Shown here: positions 20,598 through 30,158 of the stretch, in pieces
Layout: each line of letters opens with the position of its first letter
Numbering within the stretch: the stretch's first letter is position 1
DNA from: Nitrososphaerota archaeon
Lineage (GTDB): Archaea; Thermoproteota; Nitrososphaeria_A; Caldarchaeales; Caldarchaeaceae
Assembly (NCBI GenBank): GCA_041641305.1
Contig: JBEPYN010000001.1
Location: forward strand, 768,001 to 832,000
DNA length: 64,000 nt
Direction of reading: 5' to 3'
Notes under the pieces: generated by a model
Told to the model about the DNA's origin: nothing
What the model saw: only the letters and a program-made list of their open reading frames with translations
Databases searched by the model: none
Translations under genes and position numbers: made by a program

Positions 20598-21385
20598 TTT
20601 TTTGATTGACGTGGTTTGAATGGTGTGCTTTCTCTCCAGAGGTATTCGAAGTAGTTTTTCGCAAACTTTGCTAAGCCTATGTGGTCTGACCATATGGCTA
20701 TCATCGATTCATCGTCTTCGGCGAATACGATTACGACTTCTCTGTTGTCGGAGATTATGCCTCCGCCGAACATCTGCTCTCTAACCCTGACCTCAGCAAC
20801 CTCGGCCAAAAGCTTGAGGAGAGATGGGTTGACGCTGTTTGACGCCATGACCTGCACTTTTCCATCACGGGCTCTGACTGAGAGGATGAGTTTGCGCAGG
20901 TTTTCCGCTGTTTCCTTGTTGAGGGTGGGGGCGGCGACAAGCAGCTCTGCCTCACATCGCAGCACCACTTCACGTATCTTCTCCGCTATGCTTTCGCTTC
21001 CTCGCAGTATCCAGATGTCGGGCTTCTCCCGCACACCACGTTTCTCGTAAACGGGCATAAGCTCGCGGACAACCGCCTCCGAGAGCTGCCTAACGTTTCT
21101 CTCGATGTTTTTGACAAGGTTCTCGACCGCTGTGTCAGGCGGCTTCGGGACATAGCGGGCCGGCCTACCCGCCTGAGCCTCTATGAAGCCCTTCTCCTCC
21201 AGCGAGCCCAGAACCTCGTAGATTTTGGAGTAAGGTATCATCTTGAGGTCGCTTATCTCGCTCGCCGTCATGGGGCCATGTTCAACCAAGGCTACGTAGG
21301 CCCTGATCTCGTAGTCCGTCAATCCAAGCTCTTGGAGAGACCGTCTAACCCTCTCGCTTACGGGGAAAACCTGTTCATCGGACAT
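20594..21385 (-). CDS. TrmB family transcriptional regulator
   Basis: Motifs LGLTDYEIRAY, IPYSKIYEVLGSLEEKG and GRPARY, with a C-terminal effector domain. Confidence 0.9.
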   Translation of the reverse strand: MSDEQVFPVSERVRRSLQELGLTDYEIRAYVALVEHGPMTASEISDLKMIPYSKIYEVLGSLEEKGFIEAQAGRPARYVPKPPDTAVENLVKNIERNVRQLSEAVVRELMPVYEKRGVREKPDIWILRGSESIAEKIREVVLRCEAELLVAAPTLNKETAENLRKLILSVRARDGKVQVMASNSVNPSLLKLLAEVAEVRVREQMFGGGIISDNREVVIVFAEDDESMIAIWSDHIGLAKFAKNYFEYLWRESTPFKPRQSKN

Positions 21386-21914
21386 ACCGAGCCTCAGCCG
21401 CGAGATATCTTGCAACCGCTTTTGTCAAAGGATAGCCGATGACGAGAATGCTGATAACCGAGCCGCCTAAGACGCCTATCCATGAGAAGACTATGCCTGG
21501 GACGACCACCCCAAGCACAGGTGTTGGCGGCACACCGATCAAAACGTAGAGGTAGGAGCCTACAATGAATGTTACCAGAAGGGTTTGGAAAACCGCGACA
21601 AACATCCAGGAGCCGCGGAAGACAAAGTTGCGGGCCATTTTCCAGCCGAAATAGGTTGCGACAAGGTTTGTTAAAGTGCCTCCGAGAAGGTCCACGGGGC
21701 CGAATGGGCTGAATAGGTTGGCGATGAAAGTGCCCACGGTGACGCCGACCACGGCGGGCATCCCAAACACCATAGCCAACGGAAGAAGAGCATCAGAAAC
21801 TCTCACCTGAATAATCTCGAAGCTAAGCCCCGGCAAAGCTATGACACCCGCGGCATAAAGCCCCGCGAAAACAATAGCCGCCGCCAAATCCCTCGGCTTC
21901 ATACTCCACATCAT
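21375..21914 (-). CDS. queT: QueT family transporter
   Basis: Motifs IQVRVSDAL, GTFIANLFSPFG and DLLGG. Confidence 0.8.
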   Translation of the reverse strand: MMWSMKPRDLAAAIVFAGLYAAGVIALPGLSFEIIQVRVSDALLPLAMVFGMPAVVGVTVGTFIANLFSPFGPVDLLGGTLTNLVATYFGWKMARNFVFRGSWMFVAVFQTLLVTFIVGSYLYVLIGVPPTPVLGVVVPGIVFSWIGVLGGSVISILVIGYPLTKAVARYLAAEARYVR

Positions 21915-21955
21915 TCGTTACCCTTGGTTAAAATATGTTTATTCCACACAATTTG

Positions 21956-23296
21956 TCATAGTTTGTACCATCTCCCGGAGACTTTGACATCCTTCATATT
22001 GAACACCCGAACCATCCTGCTCAGCCGACCGTTTTCCTCCTTCAGCATAGTCTCCACAACCCCGTCCACACTATCCATTACAAGAGCGGTGACATTCTGC
22101 GGGAACGCCGAATTGTTGTAGGCTACCCAGAAGCTCACACCAGCGGCCTTCGACTTGGCCACGAGAAGGTTAAGCAGCTTCAACCCCGCCTCTACACCAT
22201 GGTTCTCCATCACAGGTGTTATAGAGTCGAGGATAAACCACTTGCGGGCTGTGGCCAACCTGGACAATACACGTGTGAAGGTTATGTTGATTTCATTAGG
22301 CTCCGGTGCGACATAGTGTTGGCCGTTAGCCGCTGGCGCAAGAGATGTCAATAAAATCAACCTCCCCTCCTTCTCGAATCGGTCGACATCGCATCCAAGG
22401 CCAGCAAGCCTGCTCCGCAGCTCATCCAACGTGTCGTGAAGCGAGAGTATCACAACACCATCCCCCGCAGAAAGACACTGAGCGGCAAGCCGCGCCAAAA
22501 GCGTCGACCTCCCACTCCCCGTCGGGCCGACAACCGCCACAACACTCGGAACACTCAACCCAATTTCTCTGTCGATGCCTTCCACACCCGTCAAAACAGT
22601 TTCACCCTCTGGCCTCGTTCTCAGACCAGATATTCGTGTAACACCATAGACGCCGGCAACTGTTCCAACAAGGCTCATCACCATCTCCAGCTCGAAATAG
22701 GTCCAGTAAACCCCTCGGCCAAACAACCCGGACAACACACCACCTACAACATACAGAAACAAGGCGCCAACCCCGGCAAATAAGAGGCCCGCTGCCCAGA
22801 GAGGCACCGCGCTCCACATCCCCCAACCAAGCTCAAAACGTCCAACTACACCATAGACATATGAGCAGAACATCCAGAACATGAAGCCCGCCACCATCAC
22901 ATGATAAGCAAGAAACATGTCAACCACCGCACCCGACCTGAAAAACACCATAGAAGCAACAAGAGGAACAGCAAAGAGTATCGACACACTGACCCATGTC
23001 AGGCGAAAGTAAACCTTGCCAACAAGGGATAAAACATGGAGAACAAAAGCAAGGGTTACACCCATGATGGCAGAGCCTAAGAGGCTCGAAACATAGAGGA
23101 ACACTTCAAAACCAGCGCCCAAAAAATACGTCATCGCGGTAAAAAGATACAGCACAAACCCGAAATAAACAAACCAAGTTAAGTAAACCAGCAAGCCTCT
23201 AACATTAAACAACCTGCGAATAACTCCAACAACAACCAACATGCCAGCCAACACGATGAGTCGCGAAGCAAAAGGAAAAAGAACGTCCATAACCAC
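21956..23296 (-). CDS. Seven-TM membrane domain fused to a KaiC/RecA-like ATPase domain
   Basis: About 7 hydrophobic helices, then TGVEGIDRE, GPTGSGRST, ILDSIT, VDGVVE and VRVFNMK. Confidence 0.75.
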   Translation of the reverse strand: MVMDVLFPFASRLIVLAGMLVVVGVIRRLFNVRGLLVYLTWFVYFGFVLYLFTAMTYFLGAGFEVFLYVSSLLGSAIMGVTLAFVLHVLSLVGKVYFRLTWVSVSILFAVPLVASMVFFRSGAVVDMFLAYHVMVAGFMFWMFCSYVYGVVGRFELGWGMWSAVPLWAAGLLFAGVGALFLYVVGGVLSGLFGRGVYWTYFELEMVMSLVGTVAGVYGVTRISGLRTRPEGETVLTGVEGIDREIGLSVPSVVAVVGPTGSGRSTLLARLAAQCLSAGDGVVILSLHDTLDELRSRLAGLGCDVDRFEKEGRLILLTSLAPAANGQHYVAPEPNEINITFTRVLSRLATARKWFILDSITPVMENHGVEAGLKLLNLLVAKSKAAGVSFWVAYNNSAFPQNVTALVMDSVDGVVETMLKEENGRLSRMVRVFNMKDVKVSGRWYKL

Positions 23297-23397
23297 TACT
23301 CCATTGACCTATCATATATGTCTTGAAAAAGTGTATTACGTCTAAACAGCCGTAAAACAATTCAGCAACACAAAACACCGCTAAACATCTAAACACC

Positions 23398-23802
23398 GTG
23401 CATAGAGCCGAGGCCGAAAAACTGCTCAGCAGGTCCAGAAAATTCGCCGACGCTGCAGACTTCCACTTCTCGAGAGGCGTCTACGACCTCGCCGTCTTCA
23501 AAATTGAACAAGACCTACAACTTTCTCTAAAAGCCATGCTCCTAAAAAATAGAGTAGACTTCCCATAAACCCATAGCGTAAGAAAACTATTCATCATCTT
23601 GGGCGAGTGTATGGGCAAAGAACAACGATTCACAGAGTTCGCTGAAAAACGTGCGCTCGAGTTCGCAAACCTCGAGGACGCCTACATATCTTCGTAATCC
23701 TTTCCACGAGAGTTCACCAGAGGAGAGGCTGAGAGCCTCGGCAACTTTTTCTCTGAGGTGAGGAAGTTTGTGCTGCAGCATATTGGTGAGGGAGGCGCGT
23801 AG
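23398..23802 (+). pseudogene. HEPN domain toxin pseudogene
   Basis: Manual translation gives YDLAVFKIEQ..FP*THSVRKL..LEDAYISS* with two in-frame stops; homologous to 40115-40540. Confidence 0.85.
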
Positions 23803-24030
23803 ACGTCGGGAGATATTCCAAAACCTATCACACTATCTCCAGAAGAGGCCGTGAAACAGCTGGATAACGATGCTAAGCTGTCTCTTTTCGGCTCAGCGGC
23901 CCGCGGAGACCACGTAATCGCAAGGGCGTCGACATCCTCATCATCACAAGGCTCCGCCCAGCACAGGTAATAGCGCATCAAGGAAACTGGGGTTTGACGA
24001 GCCCTTCGATTTTCATGTCGCAATAAGCGG
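23783..24030 (+). pseudogene. MNT nucleotidyltransferase antitoxin pseudogene
   Basis: Frameshifted fragments LVREARRRREIFQNL / LSLFGS / VDILII / PFDFHV match 40515-40856. Confidence 0.75.
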
Positions 24031-24158
24031 AAATGTACCTGCAAACAGCGGACAAGAAGGTGGAGCTTTAACCCGAATAGCCTCCTCCTCTTTCTACCCT
24101 TTCACCCGAAGTATCGTGAGGAAACGGTTAAAAGCTCAGCCGAAGCCGAGACGCCGGT

Positions 24159-25853
24159 ATGGCGGTAATCCTCGAAACAACCAACCTCGAAACCAAACGC
24201 AAACTCGTAACAAAGACAAGAAGTATCTGCCCCGAATGCAACAGAATACTCGAAGCAGACGTCGTCGAGGAGGAGGGTAAGATAAAGATCTACAAGACAT
24301 GTCCCAAACACGGCGAGTTCGACGACCTCTACTTCGGCGACGCCGAGATGTACTACCGCTTCGCAAGATGGCTCCACGACGGAAAAGGCACAGGAAACCC
24401 CAACGTCGAGATGCCACGCTGCGCATGCCCAGCCAACTGCGGCCTCTGCAGCAGCCACCTAAGCCACACAGGCCTCTCCAACCTCGTCATCACAAACAGA
24501 TGTGACCTACACTGCTGGTACTGCTTCTTCTACGCCGAAAAAGCAGGATACATCTACGAGCCAACCCTCGACCAGATACGTGAAATGGTCAAGCAGCTCA
24601 AAGCAGAGCGGCCCGTGCCCGGCAACTCTGTCCAGATAACTGGCGGAGAACCATGCCTCAGAGACGACCTGCCCGAAATAATCAAAATTCTGAAGGAAGA
24701 GGGAGTGGACCACATCCAGCTCAACACAAACGGCATCCGCCTCGCCCATGACTTCGAGTTCTTCAAACGAGTAAAGGAAGCGGGCGTAAGCAACCTCTAC
24801 ATGAGCTTCGACGGCGTCACACCACGGACAAACCCGAAAAACCACTGGGAAGTGCCCAAGACGCTCGAAAACGCCCGCAAACTCGGAGTAGGAGTTGTCC
24901 TCGTCCCAACAGTGATCAAATCGGTCAACGACCACGAGCTCGGCGACATCATCCGCTTCGGGTTCCAAAACATCGAGGTCGTGAGAGCTGTCAACTTCCA
25001 GCCCGTAAGCCTCACGGGCAGAATGCCCAAGAAAGAGCGTGAAAAATACCGCATCACAATACCGGACTGCATCCACAGAATAGAGGAGCAGACAAACGGC
25101 GAAATCCCCCGCGAAGCATGGTTCCCCGTACCAGCCTGCACACCCCTAACAAACTTTATCGAAGCACTCACACGCAAAGCACAGTACGAGCTAAGCATAC
25201 ACTTCGCATGCGGCGCAGGAACCTACGTCTTCAAAGACCACGACAAACTCGTCCCCATAACAGAATTCGTCGACGTCGAAGGCCTCATCAAATACCTACA
25301 AGACAAAACAGAAGAAATCGAAGCAGGCAAAAACCGCTTCTACATAGCCCTCAAAGTCCTCGCCAACATCAGCAAATACATCAACACCAAAAAACAACCA
25401 ACAGGCCTCAACCTCAAACAAATGCTATACAACATCATAGTCAAACACGACTACCACAGCGTAGGCGACTGGCACCGCAGATCACTCTTCCTAGGAATGA
25501 TGCATTTTATGGACCCCTACAACCATGACGAGGAACGATTACGCCGCTGCGACATCCACTACCTAACCCCCGACATGCGAATAATCCCGTTCTGCGCCTT
25601 CAACGTAATACCACACTGGTACAGGGACAGGATTCAGGCGATGTACGGGATTCCTATCGCTGAGTGGGAGAGGAGGACGGGCCGTAAGCTCAAGGACGAC
25701 TTCTACAAGCGCCAGCTACCATCAAAGCAGCAGACGATTCCATTGGCATCCACTAAAACAGCAGGCTTCGGTGGACTCAAAGAGGTACCTGTCATCCAAG
25801 GAGGTTCAGGCAAAGAAGAAAACTGCGGCTCCAGCTGCGGCTGCAGCCACTGA
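24159..25853 (+). CDS. tes: Tetraether lipid synthase (GDGT-MAS, MJ0619-type radical SAM enzyme)
   Basis: N-terminal CPEC..CPKH, CPANCGLC..H, radical SAM CDLHCWYC, NFQPVS and RCDIHY..IIPFCAFN. Confidence 0.85.
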   Translation: MAVILETTNLETKRKLVTKTRSICPECNRILEADVVEEEGKIKIYKTCPKHGEFDDLYFGDAEMYYRFARWLHDGKGTGNPNVEMPRCACPANCGLCSSHLSHTGLSNLVITNRCDLHCWYCFFYAEKAGYIYEPTLDQIREMVKQLKAERPVPGNSVQITGGEPCLRDDLPEIIKILKEEGVDHIQLNTNGIRLAHDFEFFKRVKEAGVSNLYMSFDGVTPRTNPKNHWEVPKTLENARKLGVGVVLVPTVIKSVNDHELGDIIRFGFQNIEVVRAVNFQPVSLTGRMPKKEREKYRITIPDCIHRIEEQTNGEIPREAWFPVPACTPLTNFIEALTRKAQYELSIHFACGAGTYVFKDHDKLVPITEFVDVEGLIKYLQDKTEEIEAGKNRFYIALKVLANISKYINTKKQPTGLNLKQMLYNIIVKHDYHSVGDWHRRSLFLGMMHFMDPYNHDEERLRRCDIHYLTPDMRIIPFCAFNVIPHWYRDRIQAMYGIPIAEWERRTGRKLKDDFYKRQLPSKQQTIPLASTKTAGFGGLKEVPVIQGGSGKEENCGSSCGCSH

Positions 25854-26407
25854 ACACCCGTTTCTTAAATCCGATGATATCTGGAAGGAGACAATCCTAA
25901 CTTTTTTCTTTCTTCTGTATGAAGATTTTGACTTGTGTGTCTGTTAACGTCATACTTTTTACTGCGTAATAGTTTCTGCCACTTCCCAATGCTATCCTAG
26001 TTTTTCCATAGTTATGATATACTCGTAGTGTTTATGTCATCTAACTTGAACTGGACATAAGGTAACCAAGTATACCTACCCTCCGTAAACTTCACACTTC
26101 TTGGATCAAACCTCACGACAGGGCTGCGGTCTTCAAATAGCCGAAAGACCAGCCCCTACTTGATGATGAGCTTCAAAAAACTTTCTCCAATGCAGGCTTC
26201 TCTACAACCAGCAGTGTTTTTGTCATGCCGCCATCAACCACTAAAGCATGGGAATTATTTGGCCGCAGTCGACCTCTTCATATAATTGCTAAATGTGTAA
26301 TGTTCCGATGCTAGCCGATTAGTACAGCATCTTCAGATGAAGAGTTATAAATCTCTTTAACGTACAAATAGAACATGTTTATATATAATTATACATCCCC
26401 ATAGTTT

Positions 26408-27517
26408 ATGAGAGGTAGCTTTGTACTTGGAATATTGGGCGGGGTTTTCGGCATTTTAGTCGGACTTGTGGTACTGGTCCTCGCGGGAACCAGTGAAGCT
26501 TTATCACCGTGGTTGGGTGAGGATACCAGACGCATAGTAGGGCAGCTATATGTTCAGACATTTGTAGCATTACTAGGTGGCGTACTAGGAATAATTGGAG
26601 GTGCAATAGGTAGAAAAATTGGCGGCGTAATACTGATGCTTGCTTCTCTATTTGTTCTTGTGGGAGGGGGGTTATTCGGAATATTGCCATTTATATTGTT
26701 GCTAGTCGGCGGAGTATTAAGTTTCAGAGAGGCCAAACACGAAATCGCCTTATCTAATGCTGAAGGGTACGGGACTGTGGGGAGGGGCAAGTCGAATACT
26801 CACGGATTGAGTTGTCCCCGATGTAGCAGCACTGATATGATTAAGTTGGATGATGAAGTCTACGAGTGCTGGAATTGCGGTTTACGATTCAAGAACGTTC
26901 GAGAACCATCGAGAGGTATATTCAAGTGGATAGCTGTAAGTGTCATGTTCTTTATGTTGGGGGCGATTTTAGGATATGGGGCTGGAAGCGCTGCTACGAC
27001 AAAAACTATCACGAATACTGTAACAGTGGACGTCGGCGTTATGAATACTCAAACCATTAGAGATCAGACTCCGGGTGGGGGACTGAGAACTGTCGGACTT
27101 ACTGAGTCTTGTCAGGTAAGTTTTAGTTCCCGTAAATTTGAGTTTTCTATTCTCCAATATATTCGTGGAAAAGAGGCTGACGATGAAATACAAAATGCTA
27201 ATCCTTTTAATCCTAAACCAGAAACAGGTTTTGAATACGTATTGATCAAGATAAGGCTCTCACATTTATCAGTCCAAGGATCCTCAGATACAATATCGAT
27301 CGGGCCTTACGATTTTATATTGTATGCAGATGGTGTAGGATACAAAGCAGAAATATTTTTAGTATATCCCGAAGATAAAAAAATGTTAGAATTTGTCGAT
27401 TTATTTCCAGGAGGTAGAGTTGAAGGATGGATCCTGTTTGAAGTGCCAGAAAAAACTTCTCTAATGCTAACTTTCACTCCTCTTAGTATCAAACCTCAAT
27501 GTTTTATCAGACTTTAA
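26408..27517 (+). CDS. Membrane protein with Gly-rich TMs, a Zn ribbon and a C-terminal DUF4352-like Ig domain
   Basis: CPRC..CWNC, a TM segment, then NPKPETGFEY..LFPGGRVEGWILFEVP; visibly AT-rich. Confidence 0.7.
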   Translation: MRGSFVLGILGGVFGILVGLVVLVLAGTSEALSPWLGEDTRRIVGQLYVQTFVALLGGVLGIIGGAIGRKIGGVILMLASLFVLVGGGLFGILPFILLLVGGVLSFREAKHEIALSNAEGYGTVGRGKSNTHGLSCPRCSSTDMIKLDDEVYECWNCGLRFKNVREPSRGIFKWIAVSVMFFMLGAILGYGAGSAATTKTITNTVTVDVGVMNTQTIRDQTPGGGLRTVGLTESCQVSFSSRKFEFSILQYIRGKEADDEIQNANPFNPKPETGFEYVLIKIRLSHLSVQGSSDTISIGPYDFILYADGVGYKAEIFLVYPEDKKMLEFVDLFPGGRVEGWILFEVPEKTSLMLTFTPLSIKPQCFIRL

Positions 27518-27705
27518 GTTACAAAGCGATAACATTGAATTCTTACAAAAAATAAGAAGCACTGTCGGTTGTAATCACGTATCTTAACGTGATTGGCTAG
27601 CACCTCGACCGCTCCGCTCCGGCATCCTCAGGTTCCTTTTGGTCTCCTTCCTGAGGAGATCAAACCATTAGATGATCCAATACTCCCCTTGGAAATGGGT
27701 CATGT

Positions 27706-27972
27706 CGTTCTGCGGCTTTAACGTCATACCCCACTGGTAACGTGACAGGATTCAGGCATAGTATGGTATACCCATATCGGAATGGGAAAAAACGAACCGG
27801 CCGTAAGCTCAAGGACGACTTCTACAAGCGCCAACTACCGACGAAACAACAGCCGATCTCCATGGCCTCTACTAAGACGGCCGGTTTCGGAGGCTTGAGA
27901 GAAGTACCCGTCATTCAGGGCGGCTCTGGAAAAGAAGAAAACCACGGGTCAAGCTGCGGCTGCAGCCACTAG
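27706..27972 (+). pseudogene. Decayed duplicate of the tes 3' end
   Basis: Aligns to 25588-25853; 35-bp exact match 27799-27833 = 25680-25714; two stops and one extra A. Confidence 0.92.
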
Positions 27973-28469
27973 GTGAATAGTGAATCTTCCTCGGCCTTTT
28001 TGGACATAAGCGGGTATATTTTCGGGCTTCTCAGCTCTCCGTAGAAACCTTCCGCCTAGACCTCTAAGAACTGACTCCATCGCATCTCGCAGGATTACTT
28101 CTCGGTTCCTAAGAGTCCTGTCCATGGTCGTCTTAGGTGTTTGTTCGTTCATGTCGTCGTGGCTGGCGAATAACTGTCGTCATTTAGCCTCCCTTCGAGT
28201 TCCAAGTATCACCGGACTATCTTGAAGTCGTCCTCGGATGCGTGTAAGAACATCGGCGTTCTTAACTTTTTGGGTGTTAAGCCTGTGATGACAAATAACA
28301 TTCAGCTAGCAGAGGGATGTGTTTTAGGCAAGCCTCCTCCTCACTCAAACCGTCAGCAAGCCCCTCACGATAAAGCCTGTTCAAACTCAACCCTCCACTT
28401 ATCGCTAATCCGCTTATAAAAAAGGCCCGGTTCAGACCCCTGTACTTCCAGAAAGTTGGAGACACTATC

Positions 28470-28937
28470 TTGGTTTACGCACCTCACGTTTTTCCCGGAA
28501 GAGACCCCGTCCTAATCCTAATATCCATAGCCATGATACTGTTACACACGCTCACAGGCTACATATACGCCAATCCGAAACTGATTCTAGAAGCCTTGTT
28601 GGCCTACCTATTTGTATCAACGGTGATCGCTATCAGAATTCTGGCGAGTTACCTCTACCTCCGGCCCTACGGACTCTTCCAGAGCTGGAGGATAAGGGTT
28701 ATCATGAAAGGTAAACCCCAATTAGAGGCAAAATTCGACGGCGATACATCACTAAAACAAATAATGGATTGGGCGTTGGCGAAGGTTTTCACCTCAAGCA
28801 AAAACAGGGTGACCGAAAACTATTCAATTCATTATGGTGATAAACAGTTAGATCCACAACTGCGGCTTTATCAGACAAAACTGCCCACAAAGCTAACACT
28901 TACGATAAGAAGAAAAAGGAGACTCGCCAAACTCTAG
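28470..28937 (+). CDS. Two-TM protein with a C-terminal ubiquitin-like (beta-grasp) domain
   Basis: N-terminal TMs; residues ~73-150 follow the ubiquitin pattern (YSIHYGDKQLD vs [11 protein letters not shown]). Confidence 0.55.
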   Translation: MVYAPHVFPGRDPVLILISIAMILLHTLTGYIYANPKLILEALLAYLFVSTVIAIRILASYLYLRPYGLFQSWRIRVIMKGKPQLEAKFDGDTSLKQIMDWALAKVFTSSKNRVTENYSIHYGDKQLDPQLRLYQTKLPTKLTLTIRRKRRLAKL

Positions 28938-29042
28938 CACAACTAATTCCAACCATCAATACATGTGAAATTTTTGGCATAAGCAGATATGTCTCTAGGG
29001 CTCTCCCTAATTTTATATACCTAGACTTGCTGTCTTACGTGG

Positions 29043-29435
29043 ATGCGTGAAGAGGCTAGGGATTGGTATGATGGGGCTTTGAATGATTTAAAGATGGCTG
29101 ACAGCGCTTTAGAGGCTGGTCTGAATAACTGGGCCATGTTCGCGGCTCATCAAGCCGTTGAGAAAGCTCTAAAAGCCTTGATAATAGCTAAACAACGTGA
29201 AAGGCCTCCCAAGACCCATGATTTGGTGGAGTTACTGCAACACGCTGGGATTCAGCTGGATAAGCGTATCGAGACAGTGCTTGCAGAGCTATCACCCTAC
29301 TACTCAGTCGCCCGCTATCCCAATGCTGGTTTGAGGCGGCCATGGGAAAGAATTAATAGAGAAACAGCGGTTAGGATGGTGGAAGCCGCTAAGAGCTTGG
29401 TGAAGGCCGTTGGAGAGAAGCTTGGAACTGCCTGA
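29043..29435 (+). CDS. HEPN domain protein
   Basis: Motifs AHQAVEKALKA, KTHDL and ARYP. Confidence 0.9.
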   Translation: MREEARDWYDGALNDLKMADSALEAGLNNWAMFAAHQAVEKALKALIIAKQRERPPKTHDLVELLQHAGIQLDKRIETVLAELSPYYSVARYPNAGLRRPWERINRETAVRMVEAAKSLVKAVGEKLGTA

Positions 29436-29739
29436 GAAAGTCATTAAAGCATTGGAGTGCCTCAGGGCAGAGAAAGATAGCCTCAAGATAGAGGAGGCTT
29501 ATTTAGTTGGGAGCTACGCCAGGGGAGACTGGCTTAGAGACAGCGACTTGGACTTGATAATTGTGTCGCCGATTTTCAGAAACCTAGACGTAGGTGTGAG
29601 GTATAGGGTTGTCAAAGAGGCGATAGGATATGGTGTACCGCTAGAAGCCCTATGCTACACGCCCGAGGAATTCCAAGAAGCTAAGAATAGAAGCATAGTA
29701 GTTCAGGATATGTTGGAGTACGCTGTCAAAGTGATATGA
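29410..29739 (+). CDS. MNT nucleotidyltransferase antitoxin
   Basis: GSYARG...SDLDL motif. Confidence 0.9.
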   Translation: MERSLELPEKVIKALECLRAEKDSLKIEEAYLVGSYARGDWLRDSDLDLIIVSPIFRNLDVGVRYRVVKEAIGYGVPLEALCYTPEEFQEAKNRSIVVQDMLEYAVKVI

Positions 29740-30158
29740 AAGCCTTGAACCCGCCCCTCTACTACTGACCGCCAAGAGATCAGTATAGCATTGCCTCGCT
29801 AAATTAATGAATAGACGCTATACCGTTTATGCCTCTAACAATGTAAGACGCTGCACCTCTTGCCTGGACAGTCCCCAAGGTTGTCAGACACGAGGTAGTT
29901 GTTCCGAGGCCTAGACAGCGATAAAGGTGGGGTAGGCATTGGAAGCTTATAGATGAAGACATCTGAAGGAGACGGTAAGCTCAGGAAATCACATTATGGA
30001 TAACTAACAATAAAATTAGCGAAGTTGCTCCTAATCTCGACACCGCCGTCAGACCTAATACGTTTTTATTGGCTTTGATATCTCTCCTCCTCACCCAGTC
30101 AGGGTTTAACTCTTGTTGACCTGTTATACCTAACGACCTGTTGATCGGTCTCTTGATC

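Noticed and set aside
24159-25853. Annotation as a pterin dimethyltransferase because mptA/mptE are nearby
   Set aside because: The MJ0619 family is now established as tetraether synthase; the pterin genes are 6 kb away on the other strand.
25870-26120. Minus-strand gene-like remnant after tes
   Set aside because: Frameshifted fragments with no identifiable family.
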